From the NCBI GenBank assembly GCA_903835555.1, contig CAILNN010000134.1:13182-77181 (forward strand): a DNA stretch of 64,000 nt, in the 5' to 3' direction. The notes beneath the pieces were generated by a model, which saw only the letters and a program-made list of their open reading frames with translations, searched no databases and was not told the DNA's origin. Shown here in pieces: positions 32,753-41,088 of the stretch. Source of the DNA: an uncultured Verrucomicrobiota bacterium. Lineage in GTDB: Bacteria > Verrucomicrobiota > Verrucomicrobiia > Limisphaerales > UBA9464. The position numbers and the translations under genes were made by a program. How positions within the stretch are numbered: position 1 is the first letter of the stretch; every line of letters begins with the position of its first letter.

Positions 32753-34323
32753 TCTTGGGCATCTCCCGCGCAGACGCGGATGATTTCGTCCAGAGTCGTC
32801 TCCCCTTCGCCTGCCTTGCGCAAGGCATCTTCCTGCATGGTGACCATCGATTTTCGCGCCACCGACTTGAGCTCAGCGGCCGAACGTCGCTGGATAATCA
32901 TCTCTCGCAGAGTGGAGGTAATGGCCAATAGTTCAAAAATACCGACGCGCCCACGGTATCCATTTCGACACTCGTCGCAGCCCTGTCCGGCAAAGAATTG
33001 GCCCACCAGCGTACGCCCACTAAGCGTCTCCAGTTTTTGGCGAACAATCTGGGAGACTTGAATGGGGTGGCGACAACTCGGACAGACGCGGCGTACCAGT
33101 CGTTGCGCGAGAACGCCTTCCAAGGAGGAAGAGATCAAGAATGGCTCGATCCCCATGTCGATCAACCGCGTGACAGCGCTGGGAGCGTCGTTGGTATGGA
33201 GCGTACTGAATACTTGGTGGCCGGTCAGTGCCGCTCGAATGGCAATTTCCGCCGTCTCAGCATCACGAATTTCTCCGACCATGATGACATCCGGGTCCTG
33301 ACGCAATATGGCCCTAAGGCCAGTTGCGAAAGTAAATCCTCGGCTGGGCCGCACCGGGATTTGCGCGACCCCGGCCAGTTCGTATTCAACCGGATCCTCA
33401 ATGGTCAAAATCTTCTTTTCTGGGGCGTATACACCTTGGAGAATAGAATAGAGGGTGGTTGTTTTTCCGCTCCCGGTCGGCCCCGTGGTCAGAAACAACC
33501 CGTGCGGTTTTTCGACGAGCAAACCGAGTTGATCCGCGCGCGCAGCATCCAGGCCGAGTTCCTGAGGGCGCAGGAGTCGCTCATGTTTGACCAAGAGTCG
33601 CATCACCAGGCTTTCACCATAAATCGTGGGCATGGTTCCAACACGGATGTCCACCCTCGCCCCTCGATGATTGATCTGGATATGTCCATCTTGCGGCATA
33701 AACCGCTCGGCGATGTTCATATCGGCCATGATTTTGATTCGCGATACCAGAGCGGCATGCAGTGGCTTCGGTGGTGGCGGCTTCTCCTGAAGCAGTCCGT
33801 CGATCCGATAGCGCAGTTGCAAGGAATTCTCGAATGGGAGCAAATGAATATCACTCGCCCGTTCGCGTAAAGCGGTCGAAATGATTAGGTTAACGAGGTT
33901 GACGACCGTTGGCTCGTTCGCCATCACTTCAATATCATGCAGGTCCTTTGCTTCTGGACCGGATGATGAGTTCGGACCCAGGTCGGCGATCATCTTTTCG
34001 ACCGTCACTTGGTAACACTCGGAGATTTTCTCTGCGATTTCTGCTTCCGATGCCAGTAACTCTACGACTGCACAGCCACTCAAAAGCCGGATGTCGTCCA
34101 CGAGTCGGGAATCGGCGGAATGTGGAACAACCACGGTTAATACACCATTCCGGCGGGCAATCGGGATGACCCGGTGCTGCTGGACGAAGGCTACAGGAAG
34201 AATCCCCAACACCTCCGCCTTAATCTCAAGGTCCGACAAGCCAGTAATCGGGACCGAACGCGATAATGGGGCGTCCGATAAACCGGAAGGCGTGTCAAAG
34301 CCGTTACTTTCTGGACCAATCAT
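32749..34323 (-). CDS. gspE: T2SS ATPase GspE
   Basis: The probable start is MIGPESNG at 34323 (the track ORF extends to 34527). Walker A GPTGSGKTTT, DVIMVGEIRDAETA, GHQVFSTLHTNDA, and CPSC...CDEC. Confidence 0.95.
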   Translation of the reverse strand: MIGPESNGFDTPSGLSDAPLSRSVPITGLSDLEIKAEVLGILPVAFVQQHRVIPIARRNGVLTVVVPHSADSRLVDDIRLLSGCAVVELLASEAEIAEKISECYQVTVEKMIADLGPNSSSGPEAKDLHDIEVMANEPTVVNLVNLIISTALRERASDIHLLPFENSLQLRYRIDGLLQEKPPPPKPLHAALVSRIKIMADMNIAERFMPQDGHIQINHRGARVDIRVGTMPTIYGESLVMRLLVKHERLLRPQELGLDAARADQLGLLVEKPHGLFLTTGPTGSGKTTTLYSILQGVYAPEKKILTIEDPVEYELAGVAQIPVRPSRGFTFATGLRAILRQDPDVIMVGEIRDAETAEIAIRAALTGHQVFSTLHTNDAPSAVTRLIDMGIEPFLISSSLEGVLAQRLVRRVCPSCRHPIQVSQIVRQKLETLSGRTLVGQFFAGQGCDECRNGYRGRVGIFELLAITSTLREMIIQRRSAAELKSVARKSMVTMQEDALRKAGEGETTLDEIIRVCAGDAQE

Positions 34324-34655
34324 AGGCGAAGCATTCTTCAACAGGCCTTCTTTCCAATACCATTCTCCAATGCGATAGCGATTCTGGTTCCAACTTTGAT
34401 TGCTCCATCGGTCAAACGTAGGCCACCGCGAATGCCGACTGCTCGTTTTCCGATGGGAGTAAGCAAAGGATTTAGACAAATGACCTACAAATGCGCGACA
34501 AGGATCATGCTGGAAAACCCCGCACACGAGATAAAGTTTCCGGGAAGCCCGACGAGTCTGGCAATTTCGACAAGGAGTCCGCGAAATGGCTCAATCTTTT
34601 TGCAATCGGCCAAGGTTTAGTTTCTAGCCGCCGCAACCCGACAATTCTATACTAC

Positions 34656-37286
34656 TCAGGCTAAAGCGGTTTGGTCTTGACCTAATTCGGCCTGGGTTTC
34701 CTGGATAGCGCGGTCCAAGGGTGCCAAATCAATTCGTCCCTCCTTTAGGAAGGTGTCGCGTGTTTGAGATGAGGCCTCGGCAATAGCGGTAAATCCAATT
34801 GTCTCGGCTGAACCCTTGATGGTGTGAAAGATGCGCCGAGTCGCGACAGGGTCGGTCATGTTCGTCGTTTTCTGTAATTCTAGGACCTGTCCTCTCAAAT
34901 CATTCCAAAAGACCTCCGTCAACCGGACGGCAGTCTTGTCCCCGAGTTCTTCCCGAAGCATATGCCGACGGACCTGAGAAATGACCGGTTCGCGAAGGGG
35001 ACGTGTGAAACCGTTCTCCGATAGCGGATCGGTGTAGCCCTTAGGTTGGCCCTCAGGCTTTTGCTGCCTGGGAGGGAGAATTTCGGTTGGGCGTTCTGAT
35101 AGGCGGGACCGCCACTTCTTGAGAGTGGATTCCAACTTTTCCCGGTTGATTGGCTTGGTAATGAAATCATTCATTCCCGCTGATAAACATAAATCACGGC
35201 TTTCAGCGAATGCATTGGCGGTCAAGCCAACGATTGGGACATCGCGGAACTTGTTGTTTATCAACCGAATCTGTCGGGTTGCCTCCATGCCGTCCATGAC
35301 CGGCATCTGCATGTCCATGAGAACCAAATCAATTCCCCCCTTCCGCATTCGCGCCACCGCTAATTCGCCGTTGCTGGCCAATTCAACGGTCATTCCCAAC
35401 CTTTGGAGCAGTCGCGATGCCACCGTTTGATTGACGATATTATCCTCAACCAAGAGGACGGTCCCCGAAAGTCCTGCGGCATTCCAAGCTTTGGTGCTTG
35501 CCTCTCCCAACGGTTCCGCGCGATTTAAGTTGAGCAGGATCGAACGAAGTCTCGGCGGCGTGAGTGGACCATCCAAAATTGCCAATGCCTCATTGGAAAA
35601 GCGACTTGCGGAAAAGGCGAAAATGATCGCGCGTTTCATCAACTCAGGTGGCAGTTGAAACTCACCCAGTTTTCGGGCGTCAATCAATACGCATCCATCG
35701 CTTGATTCCAATGCCAACAGGCTGTCCGATTTATCTCCATTGGGGTAGGGCGTGGACCATTCCCCCCGAAGGATATCAAACGCCATTGGAGTGAAGGTGC
35801 AAAATTGGACAGAACTGGTTGGCCATGGAATTTCGACGGGAGTCACATTTTGCTCCGATGGAATGGGAAGGGTAAACCAGAAGCAGCTTCCCCGATCTTC
35901 CTCGCTGGTGACACCGATTTGTCCTCCCATCGCCAGGACCAAGCGGCGGCTGATGGCAAGCCCTAGCCCCGAGCCGCCAAATCGGCGATTAATTGAGGCA
36001 TCAATTTGGTAAAAATCCTCGAAAAGCCGGGCTTGCGCTTCCTTGGAAATACCGATGCCCGTATCCCTGACTTCAAACCGAAGCCACGATTCACCCGATT
36101 CACCCCGTATCCGATGAACCAAAAGGGCCACGTCCCCCGTTTCGGTAAATTTCACCGCATTTCCACATAGATTCACCAGCACCTGCCGAACTCGCGCTTC
36201 GTCCCCTAAAAGTTGGCCTTCCGGATAAATCGCCAACAGCCCGAGGTTTTTTTGTCGAGCTTTCGAAGACACGATATCAATAGCGGCCTCAATCGGCGAA
36301 CTGAGTTGGAAACTTCGCGTTTCCAAAGTTAACGATCTAGATTCAAGGCGGGAATAGTCGAGAATGTCCTGAATCAGCTCCAGAAGGGAAGTCCCGCACT
36401 CGCGAATGGTCGCGAGCAGACTTCTTTGCTCGGGACTGAGATTTGGCTCCTCGAGCAAATCCACGTTCCCAAGGATTCCATTCAAAGGCGTTCGGATTTC
36501 GTGACTCATGGTCGCCAGGAAGACTGATTTTGCCTGATCCCCGGCCGTGGCCTTGGCAGCCGCCTCCTGGTAATTGGTGTTCATTTTCCGCAGCTCCTCC
36601 TGACTTCGCTCGGCCCGGCTGAGTTGTTTCAGGAATAGGTAGCCCATCGCGCAGAGCCCGAGTGCAAGAGCCCCTTGCTGAAACAGCACGATTTTATAGG
36701 TCTTAATCGACTTTGTTCGCTCATCGATTCGGAACTGGGCATCCACGATGTCCGCCTGGGTGACCAATACAACTGTTTTTGGGTAAAGTTCGGAAATGGC
36801 AGTCTGCAACTTCTCAATCGAGGCAATGTCCGGCGCGTCTACCGAAATGGGCGCACTGAATTCCTTGTCAAGCCGCTCAAGATCTGAATAAACGGCCGCA
36901 GCGGCGGCACGGCATTCTTCGTCTTGCTGAACCGGGTGCCCGTGGGCGTCTGGATTGCCATTCGGAGATTCAAGATTCGATAGCTTGATATTATCTCGGC
37001 TGCTCAAAACGATTTCGAATTGTGTCCTAATTTTGTCTAGGGTTCCCTCGGGTTTCCCGTCCAGAAATGAGGTAATTGCCCGCAAGAGCTCCGACGTTTG
37101 TCGATTGATGCGATAGGCGGACCAAGTGGCGTTTTTTTGCAACTTCCTCCGCAATGCCTGATGCTCCTGGAGCAGAGTGTTAATCGTGAAAAAGGAAAAA
37201 CAAACAACAACAAAGACAGCGCCGATCGAAATCAGCAGTTTAATGATTTCCTCTCGCGCTAGACGGATTCTCCCTATCGAATTCAT
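34656..37286 (-). CDS. Hybrid sensor histidine kinase (TM sensor, HisKA, HATPase, degenerate receiver-like spacer, REC, HPt)
   Basis: 876 aa. H-box SHEIRTPLNGILG. G-boxes VRDTGIGI and GGSGLGLAIS. Receiver VLLVEDN...DLVLMDMQMPVMDG...GLTA. C-terminal HPt FHTIKGSAETIGF. Confidence 0.9.
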   Translation of the reverse strand: MNSIGRIRLAREEIIKLLISIGAVFVVVCFSFFTINTLLQEHQALRRKLQKNATWSAYRINRQTSELLRAITSFLDGKPEGTLDKIRTQFEIVLSSRDNIKLSNLESPNGNPDAHGHPVQQDEECRAAAAAVYSDLERLDKEFSAPISVDAPDIASIEKLQTAISELYPKTVVLVTQADIVDAQFRIDERTKSIKTYKIVLFQQGALALGLCAMGYLFLKQLSRAERSQEELRKMNTNYQEAAAKATAGDQAKSVFLATMSHEIRTPLNGILGNVDLLEEPNLSPEQRSLLATIRECGTSLLELIQDILDYSRLESRSLTLETRSFQLSSPIEAAIDIVSSKARQKNLGLLAIYPEGQLLGDEARVRQVLVNLCGNAVKFTETGDVALLVHRIRGESGESWLRFEVRDTGIGISKEAQARLFEDFYQIDASINRRFGGSGLGLAISRRLVLAMGGQIGVTSEEDRGSCFWFTLPIPSEQNVTPVEIPWPTSSVQFCTFTPMAFDILRGEWSTPYPNGDKSDSLLALESSDGCVLIDARKLGEFQLPPELMKRAIIFAFSASRFSNEALAILDGPLTPPRLRSILLNLNRAEPLGEASTKAWNAAGLSGTVLLVEDNIVNQTVASRLLQRLGMTVELASNGELAVARMRKGGIDLVLMDMQMPVMDGMEATRQIRLINNKFRDVPIVGLTANAFAESRDLCLSAGMNDFITKPINREKLESTLKKWRSRLSERPTEILPPRQQKPEGQPKGYTDPLSENGFTRPLREPVISQVRRHMLREELGDKTAVRLTEVFWNDLRGQVLELQKTTNMTDPVATRRIFHTIKGSAETIGFTAIAEASSQTRDTFLKEGRIDLAPLDRAIQETQAELGQDQTALA

Positions 37287-37310
37287 CGGCCTGCTGGAAA
37301 TTCAGCACCA

Positions 37311-37850
37311 TCACCGCACTTCAACCGCTCTTACATTCCACACCGAACGAAAGTACGAAATCTCATTCTTGGTTTCCGGATACCTGTCGAAAGGGTAGAT
37401 GATGATTAGTGGTCCTTTATCACGGATTGGTATCGTCTTTCCATTTATCCGAGTCGCCAGAATGATCGGGTACTGTCGGAGCTCTTGGATGGGAATAGTC
37501 GAGGCATAATCGTTGATGGCCGTCACCACGACATTGGTGCCCTGGGCATTCACCGCCTTCAACACTTCGTAAAACGTTGGCCCGGAGAACTTTTGCACCC
37601 CATTGTGCCAAGGGGTCCACGTTTCGTTTGTTTGCTGCGGGAGGTTATCCAATGCCGCCAAGCTAAACTCTGCTTTTCCAACATGATCTTTCGTACCGAT
37701 TTTTCCGGAAATGGTCAGCAACGGGAGATTGGTTGACGACGGCAGCGCCGGTAATGACGGTGCTGCTTGAGAAATCAAGGCAGCAAAAAGGAGCGCTATC
37801 AGGAGACTGGTATTCCAGATTGTTTGAATGCGTAAACAATGAAGGCGCAT
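37311..37850 (-). CDS. Periplasmic protein with a molybdopterin-oxidoreductase-like (SUOX/YedY-fold) domain and no obvious catalytic Cys context
   Basis: The ATG at 37850 gives MRLHCLRIQTIWNTSLLIALLFAALISQAAP, a signal peptide. It is followed by LLTISGKIG...FSLAALDNLPQ...TWTPWHNGVQKFSGPTFYEVL...AINDYASTIP...LATRINGKTIPIRDKGPLIIIYP. The gene ends 24 nt upstream of the kinase gene. Confidence 0.5.
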   Translation of the reverse strand: MRLHCLRIQTIWNTSLLIALLFAALISQAAPSLPALPSSTNLPLLTISGKIGTKDHVGKAEFSLAALDNLPQQTNETWTPWHNGVQKFSGPTFYEVLKAVNAQGTNVVVTAINDYASTIPIQELRQYPIILATRINGKTIPIRDKGPLIIIYPFDRYPETKNEISYFRSVWNVRAVEVR

Positions 37851-38022
37851 AGGTCGGTCGCGAATTACGCCGGCACAGGATTGACTGTCGAAAAAACGGT
37901 TGAAAATTGAAGGGATGTGCTCAAAGTCACCGTTCAACAGGTAACATCAATTCAGGTATCGTGCTAGAAATAATTCGTAGGGCGGTTGATGGTGCGGATG
38001 GTCCAATCCATGACAGACAGGG

Positions 38023-40962
38023 TCACCAATTCCAATTAAGTCCCGTCATTAAAGCCCCTTCGGACCGGTGACCGCACCAAGCCACGGCACGAATAATCAG
38101 GAGTCGCCAGTACGGGTCATCCAGCGTCCATCGGTAATGCCCTGGTATGGACGCAAAAGTGCGAGCAGATCCCTTCTCAAACGTCCAGATCATCGGCCGA
38201 GCCTGGCCTTCCATGTCGCACGTAGCCAACACCTGAACCGATTTGGGGTCGCCAATCATCGGCCAATACGGTTCATCCAGAAACGGTAGCGATTCCGGGA
38301 AACCTTCCGTCAAATCTCCCGGTTTGAACCGCAATTCGAAGGGGGTGTGCCGATAGCCTGTCTTGCCCGGCTGTGCGGCCAATCCGATGATCTCGGCAAG
38401 TGCCTCCGGGTCCTGGTCGGCGATGACCGCCGAGTGGATCAAAACCAATCCGCCACCGCGCGCTTGGTACTCCGTGAGTTCGCGCAATCGGTCTTTGCTC
38501 CAATCGTGGTTCCATAAATACAAAACGAGAACGTCCGCTTGGCGGAATTGGTCGGGCGACGGCCATAGCCAAGCTGTTTCAACACGAGCATTCGATAGGG
38601 CCCCCAGCCAGTGACTCCAGTTGGTTTGCCAGGCGGGATAATCATGCTGTCCAACGCCGTGGTCTTGGGGGGACGACACCAAAACAAGTCGAAGGGGCGC
38701 GGTGGGCGATGCTAGAGCCGATGGATTCAGGGTCGCATTTGTTTTCGCCCGCACAAGGATTCGCTGGATTTCCATCGGAGAGCGGATGGGCGGCTCCCGC
38801 AATAGGAACGTCAGTAGGGACCGAATTTCGCTTTCTTTGAGGCCATCTATGAGGCCGGTCGGCATGAGGCTTTGTCCGGTGGGTTGAAGGCGTGCCAATT
38901 CGGATCGTCGGAGGATAATCTCATGGCCTGTGACGTCCACCAGCCCCACGGTTTCCAGTGTCGTGGTTCGAAGGAATCCAAGATGGCTTTCACCCCCTTT
39001 TTCATCGGCCACATAGGTGACGTAGTCGGGGTGCAGAGTCGCATTCGGATCGCGAATATCCCGAAGGACGCTGCTGGCATTCCGATGGACCAAGTTGCTC
39101 AGGTCAGGGCCTGCGGTGGCTCCTTGTCCCCGAATTCGATGGCATTGGATACACTTCAGTTTTTCAACAAAGAGGCCTCGCCCTTCTTCCCAGTCGCCGT
39201 CCGCAAGGGCTGCTTCGTGGCTATCGGTGCCGGATGAAGCAGGAACCGACAACGCCCAGCTCGGAAGCGCCGCCCAGGCGGACCGGGTCCAAGTCTTCGA
39301 CGACTGCACTGGGGCCAAACAGGCCGCCGTCAGGTCGTAATCAAGATCGATGGGAGTTCCTTCGACCGACGAACCCGGCACTTTCACGCCCGGAATGGTC
39401 AAGGCGTAATGGACGGCCAACGAATGTGGGGCGGTGGTCAGAACCAGATTGGTCGTTTCTGCCTCCCATCGGGCTAGAGCAATCGTTAGGTGCCCGCGAG
39501 GAGTGGCATCCTGTTGACCCACCACCGCATAGGAAGGACGGATGCTCTCAAAGCGATCCGCGGCTCGCACATACTCTCCGAATTCGATCTGGGCGCGACC
39601 GTCTTTGAAAGCGTTGGTCACCCCCGGATCGATGGGACGATCAAACGCAATCCGAACTTCGGTCGGAGTTGCCGCCCAAGTGGTTACCGGCTGCGGTGCC
39701 TCAATTCCGGTATAGCGAATGCGGAAGATGCGGCCCTCCCCTTGGGGACCGGTCCCCCAATCCGGTTGGCCGGAATGACAGCAGACGTAGAGATCACCCT
39801 TGGGCGATATGGCCACATCCAGGACCAACAGGCTAAATCGAGCGATGACGGTTTCCCGTCCAACATAGCCATCTGCGGTGCGAACAAGATGAACTCTCCA
39901 AAGCTTTCCCCGCGATTCTCCGGTAACGATCGCATCCCCAAGCCACCACACCGGACCAAAGAGTCCCTGTCCGGGCGAGACCGGCAACGGAATGGTCGGA
40001 AGGACTTTAATCACCGGCGACGCGGCAACCGGTTCATTGAAAACAAAGCCGCAAGTGCTCTGATGCTGCGGACCAAATCCAACCACAGGAGGGTCGCTCA
40101 CCAGGTTCGGCAACCACTTGGGGTGGGGCGGCGGAAATCCGTAATTGTGGCCCGGAATGATGTAATTGAGTTCATCCAGCGGATTGCCGTTGGGCATCCA
40201 CGTTTCGCCTTCTTGGTCGGTGTTAAAAAGATCCCCTGCGCCATTGAACGCCAATTGGTAGGGTACTCGAATGCCCGTCGCCATCGTGGTTCTCTGGCCG
40301 GTCCTCGGATCGAACTTCTGGATGGTTCCGCGTGGAGAATTCAAGTCGTAGAGAGAAATCTCCTCATCCGGTGGACCTTCCACCGATCGATTCTCTTTGG
40401 TCAGCCAGGCCTTTTCTTCCTGGGTTAGATCCTTACGATGACGCAACCTATAGGCATTGGAGTAATCAGCCACCAAAAGCCCAAAGTAGACGTTTCCGGT
40501 TGGGTCGAGTGTAACGGAAGTCGCGTCCACTCCGCCGCTTCCAACATCGGTTGGGGGCCAACCGCTGGTGACAATTTCTTCTTTATCAGCATGGCCATCA
40601 CCATCGGTATCCTTTAGCAAGGACACCTTGCCGTGGGACGAGACATAGAGTCCGTGGGTGCTCCAGGCCATGCCGACCGGCACGCTGAGTGTCGGCTGAG
40701 TCCAGTAGGGTTCGGCATGGTCCTCCAACCCATCGCCATCGGTATCACGGATGCGCCATATTTTTCCATCGTAACCGAGGGAAGTCAGGACTCCATCCGG
40801 TCCAAACCGGAGGTTGTTCTGGTTACTAAGGTGGACCGGCAGTTCCTCGACGGTAAAACCGGGCACCAGCATCCGGACGGGCAATTCAACAGCGATGCAG
40901 CCCAAGAAAAAAAGACGGCACACCAATAGCTGGCAAAATAATCGATGGATATTTGCAGGCAT
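38023..40962 (-). CDS. PVC-type heme-binding CxxCH protein (beta-propeller dehydrogenase-like domain, cytochrome c, C-terminal ThuA-like domain)
   Basis: 979 aa. The N-terminal region has repeated DTDGDG motifs in a propeller-like arrangement. Heme site CIQCHRIRGQG. The C-terminus is ThuA-like (VLVLYLWN...GGGLVLIHSAV...DEPYW...PMIWTFEKGSARTFASIPGH). Confidence 0.7.
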   Translation of the reverse strand: MPANIHRLFCQLLVCRLFFLGCIAVELPVRMLVPGFTVEELPVHLSNQNNLRFGPDGVLTSLGYDGKIWRIRDTDGDGLEDHAEPYWTQPTLSVPVGMAWSTHGLYVSSHGKVSLLKDTDGDGHADKEEIVTSGWPPTDVGSGGVDATSVTLDPTGNVYFGLLVADYSNAYRLRHRKDLTQEEKAWLTKENRSVEGPPDEEISLYDLNSPRGTIQKFDPRTGQRTTMATGIRVPYQLAFNGAGDLFNTDQEGETWMPNGNPLDELNYIIPGHNYGFPPPHPKWLPNLVSDPPVVGFGPQHQSTCGFVFNEPVAASPVIKVLPTIPLPVSPGQGLFGPVWWLGDAIVTGESRGKLWRVHLVRTADGYVGRETVIARFSLLVLDVAISPKGDLYVCCHSGQPDWGTGPQGEGRIFRIRYTGIEAPQPVTTWAATPTEVRIAFDRPIDPGVTNAFKDGRAQIEFGEYVRAADRFESIRPSYAVVGQQDATPRGHLTIALARWEAETTNLVLTTAPHSLAVHYALTIPGVKVPGSSVEGTPIDLDYDLTAACLAPVQSSKTWTRSAWAALPSWALSVPASSGTDSHEAALADGDWEEGRGLFVEKLKCIQCHRIRGQGATAGPDLSNLVHRNASSVLRDIRDPNATLHPDYVTYVADEKGGESHLGFLRTTTLETVGLVDVTGHEIILRRSELARLQPTGQSLMPTGLIDGLKESEIRSLLTFLLREPPIRSPMEIQRILVRAKTNATLNPSALASPTAPLRLVLVSSPQDHGVGQHDYPAWQTNWSHWLGALSNARVETAWLWPSPDQFRQADVLVLYLWNHDWSKDRLRELTEYQARGGGLVLIHSAVIADQDPEALAEIIGLAAQPGKTGYRHTPFELRFKPGDLTEGFPESLPFLDEPYWPMIGDPKSVQVLATCDMEGQARPMIWTFEKGSARTFASIPGHYRWTLDDPYWRLLIIRAVAWCGHRSEGALMTGLNWNW

Positions 40963-41088
40963 GTGTCGAAAATAGTAAAGGGATGCTCGGGTAAATGAAG
41001 AACATTTCCCAGCAATTGGCTTTCTGGCGCGCCGTGTGTTTGGATAGAATCAGTCCGTGTTGATAGCCAACCCGGATTTAATAGTGGC

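Noticed and set aside
32998-33870. 290-aa plus-strand ORF antisense to gspE2. Similar long antisense ORFs lie at 49069..50040 (323 aa, opposite ftsH), 59605..60681 (358 aa, opposite the RND pump), 39490..40428 (312 aa) and 4093..4773 / 5417..6178 (opposite the secretin pieces).
   Set aside because: Each lies entirely inside a gene with strong family motifs on the other strand. Their translations are Arg/Pro/Gly/Ser-rich with no motifs. These are typical shadow ORFs of GC-rich codon usage.
3586-34323. The possibility that one or both loci are type IVa pilus or competence systems rather than T2SS.
   Set aside because: Both loci carry a GspK-type minor pseudopilin, the full G-H-I-J-K set, the GspG C-terminal signature and GspE with the tetracysteine motif. 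Neither has a PilT/PilU retraction ATPase or a PilA-like long pilin. A model-based check is still recommended.
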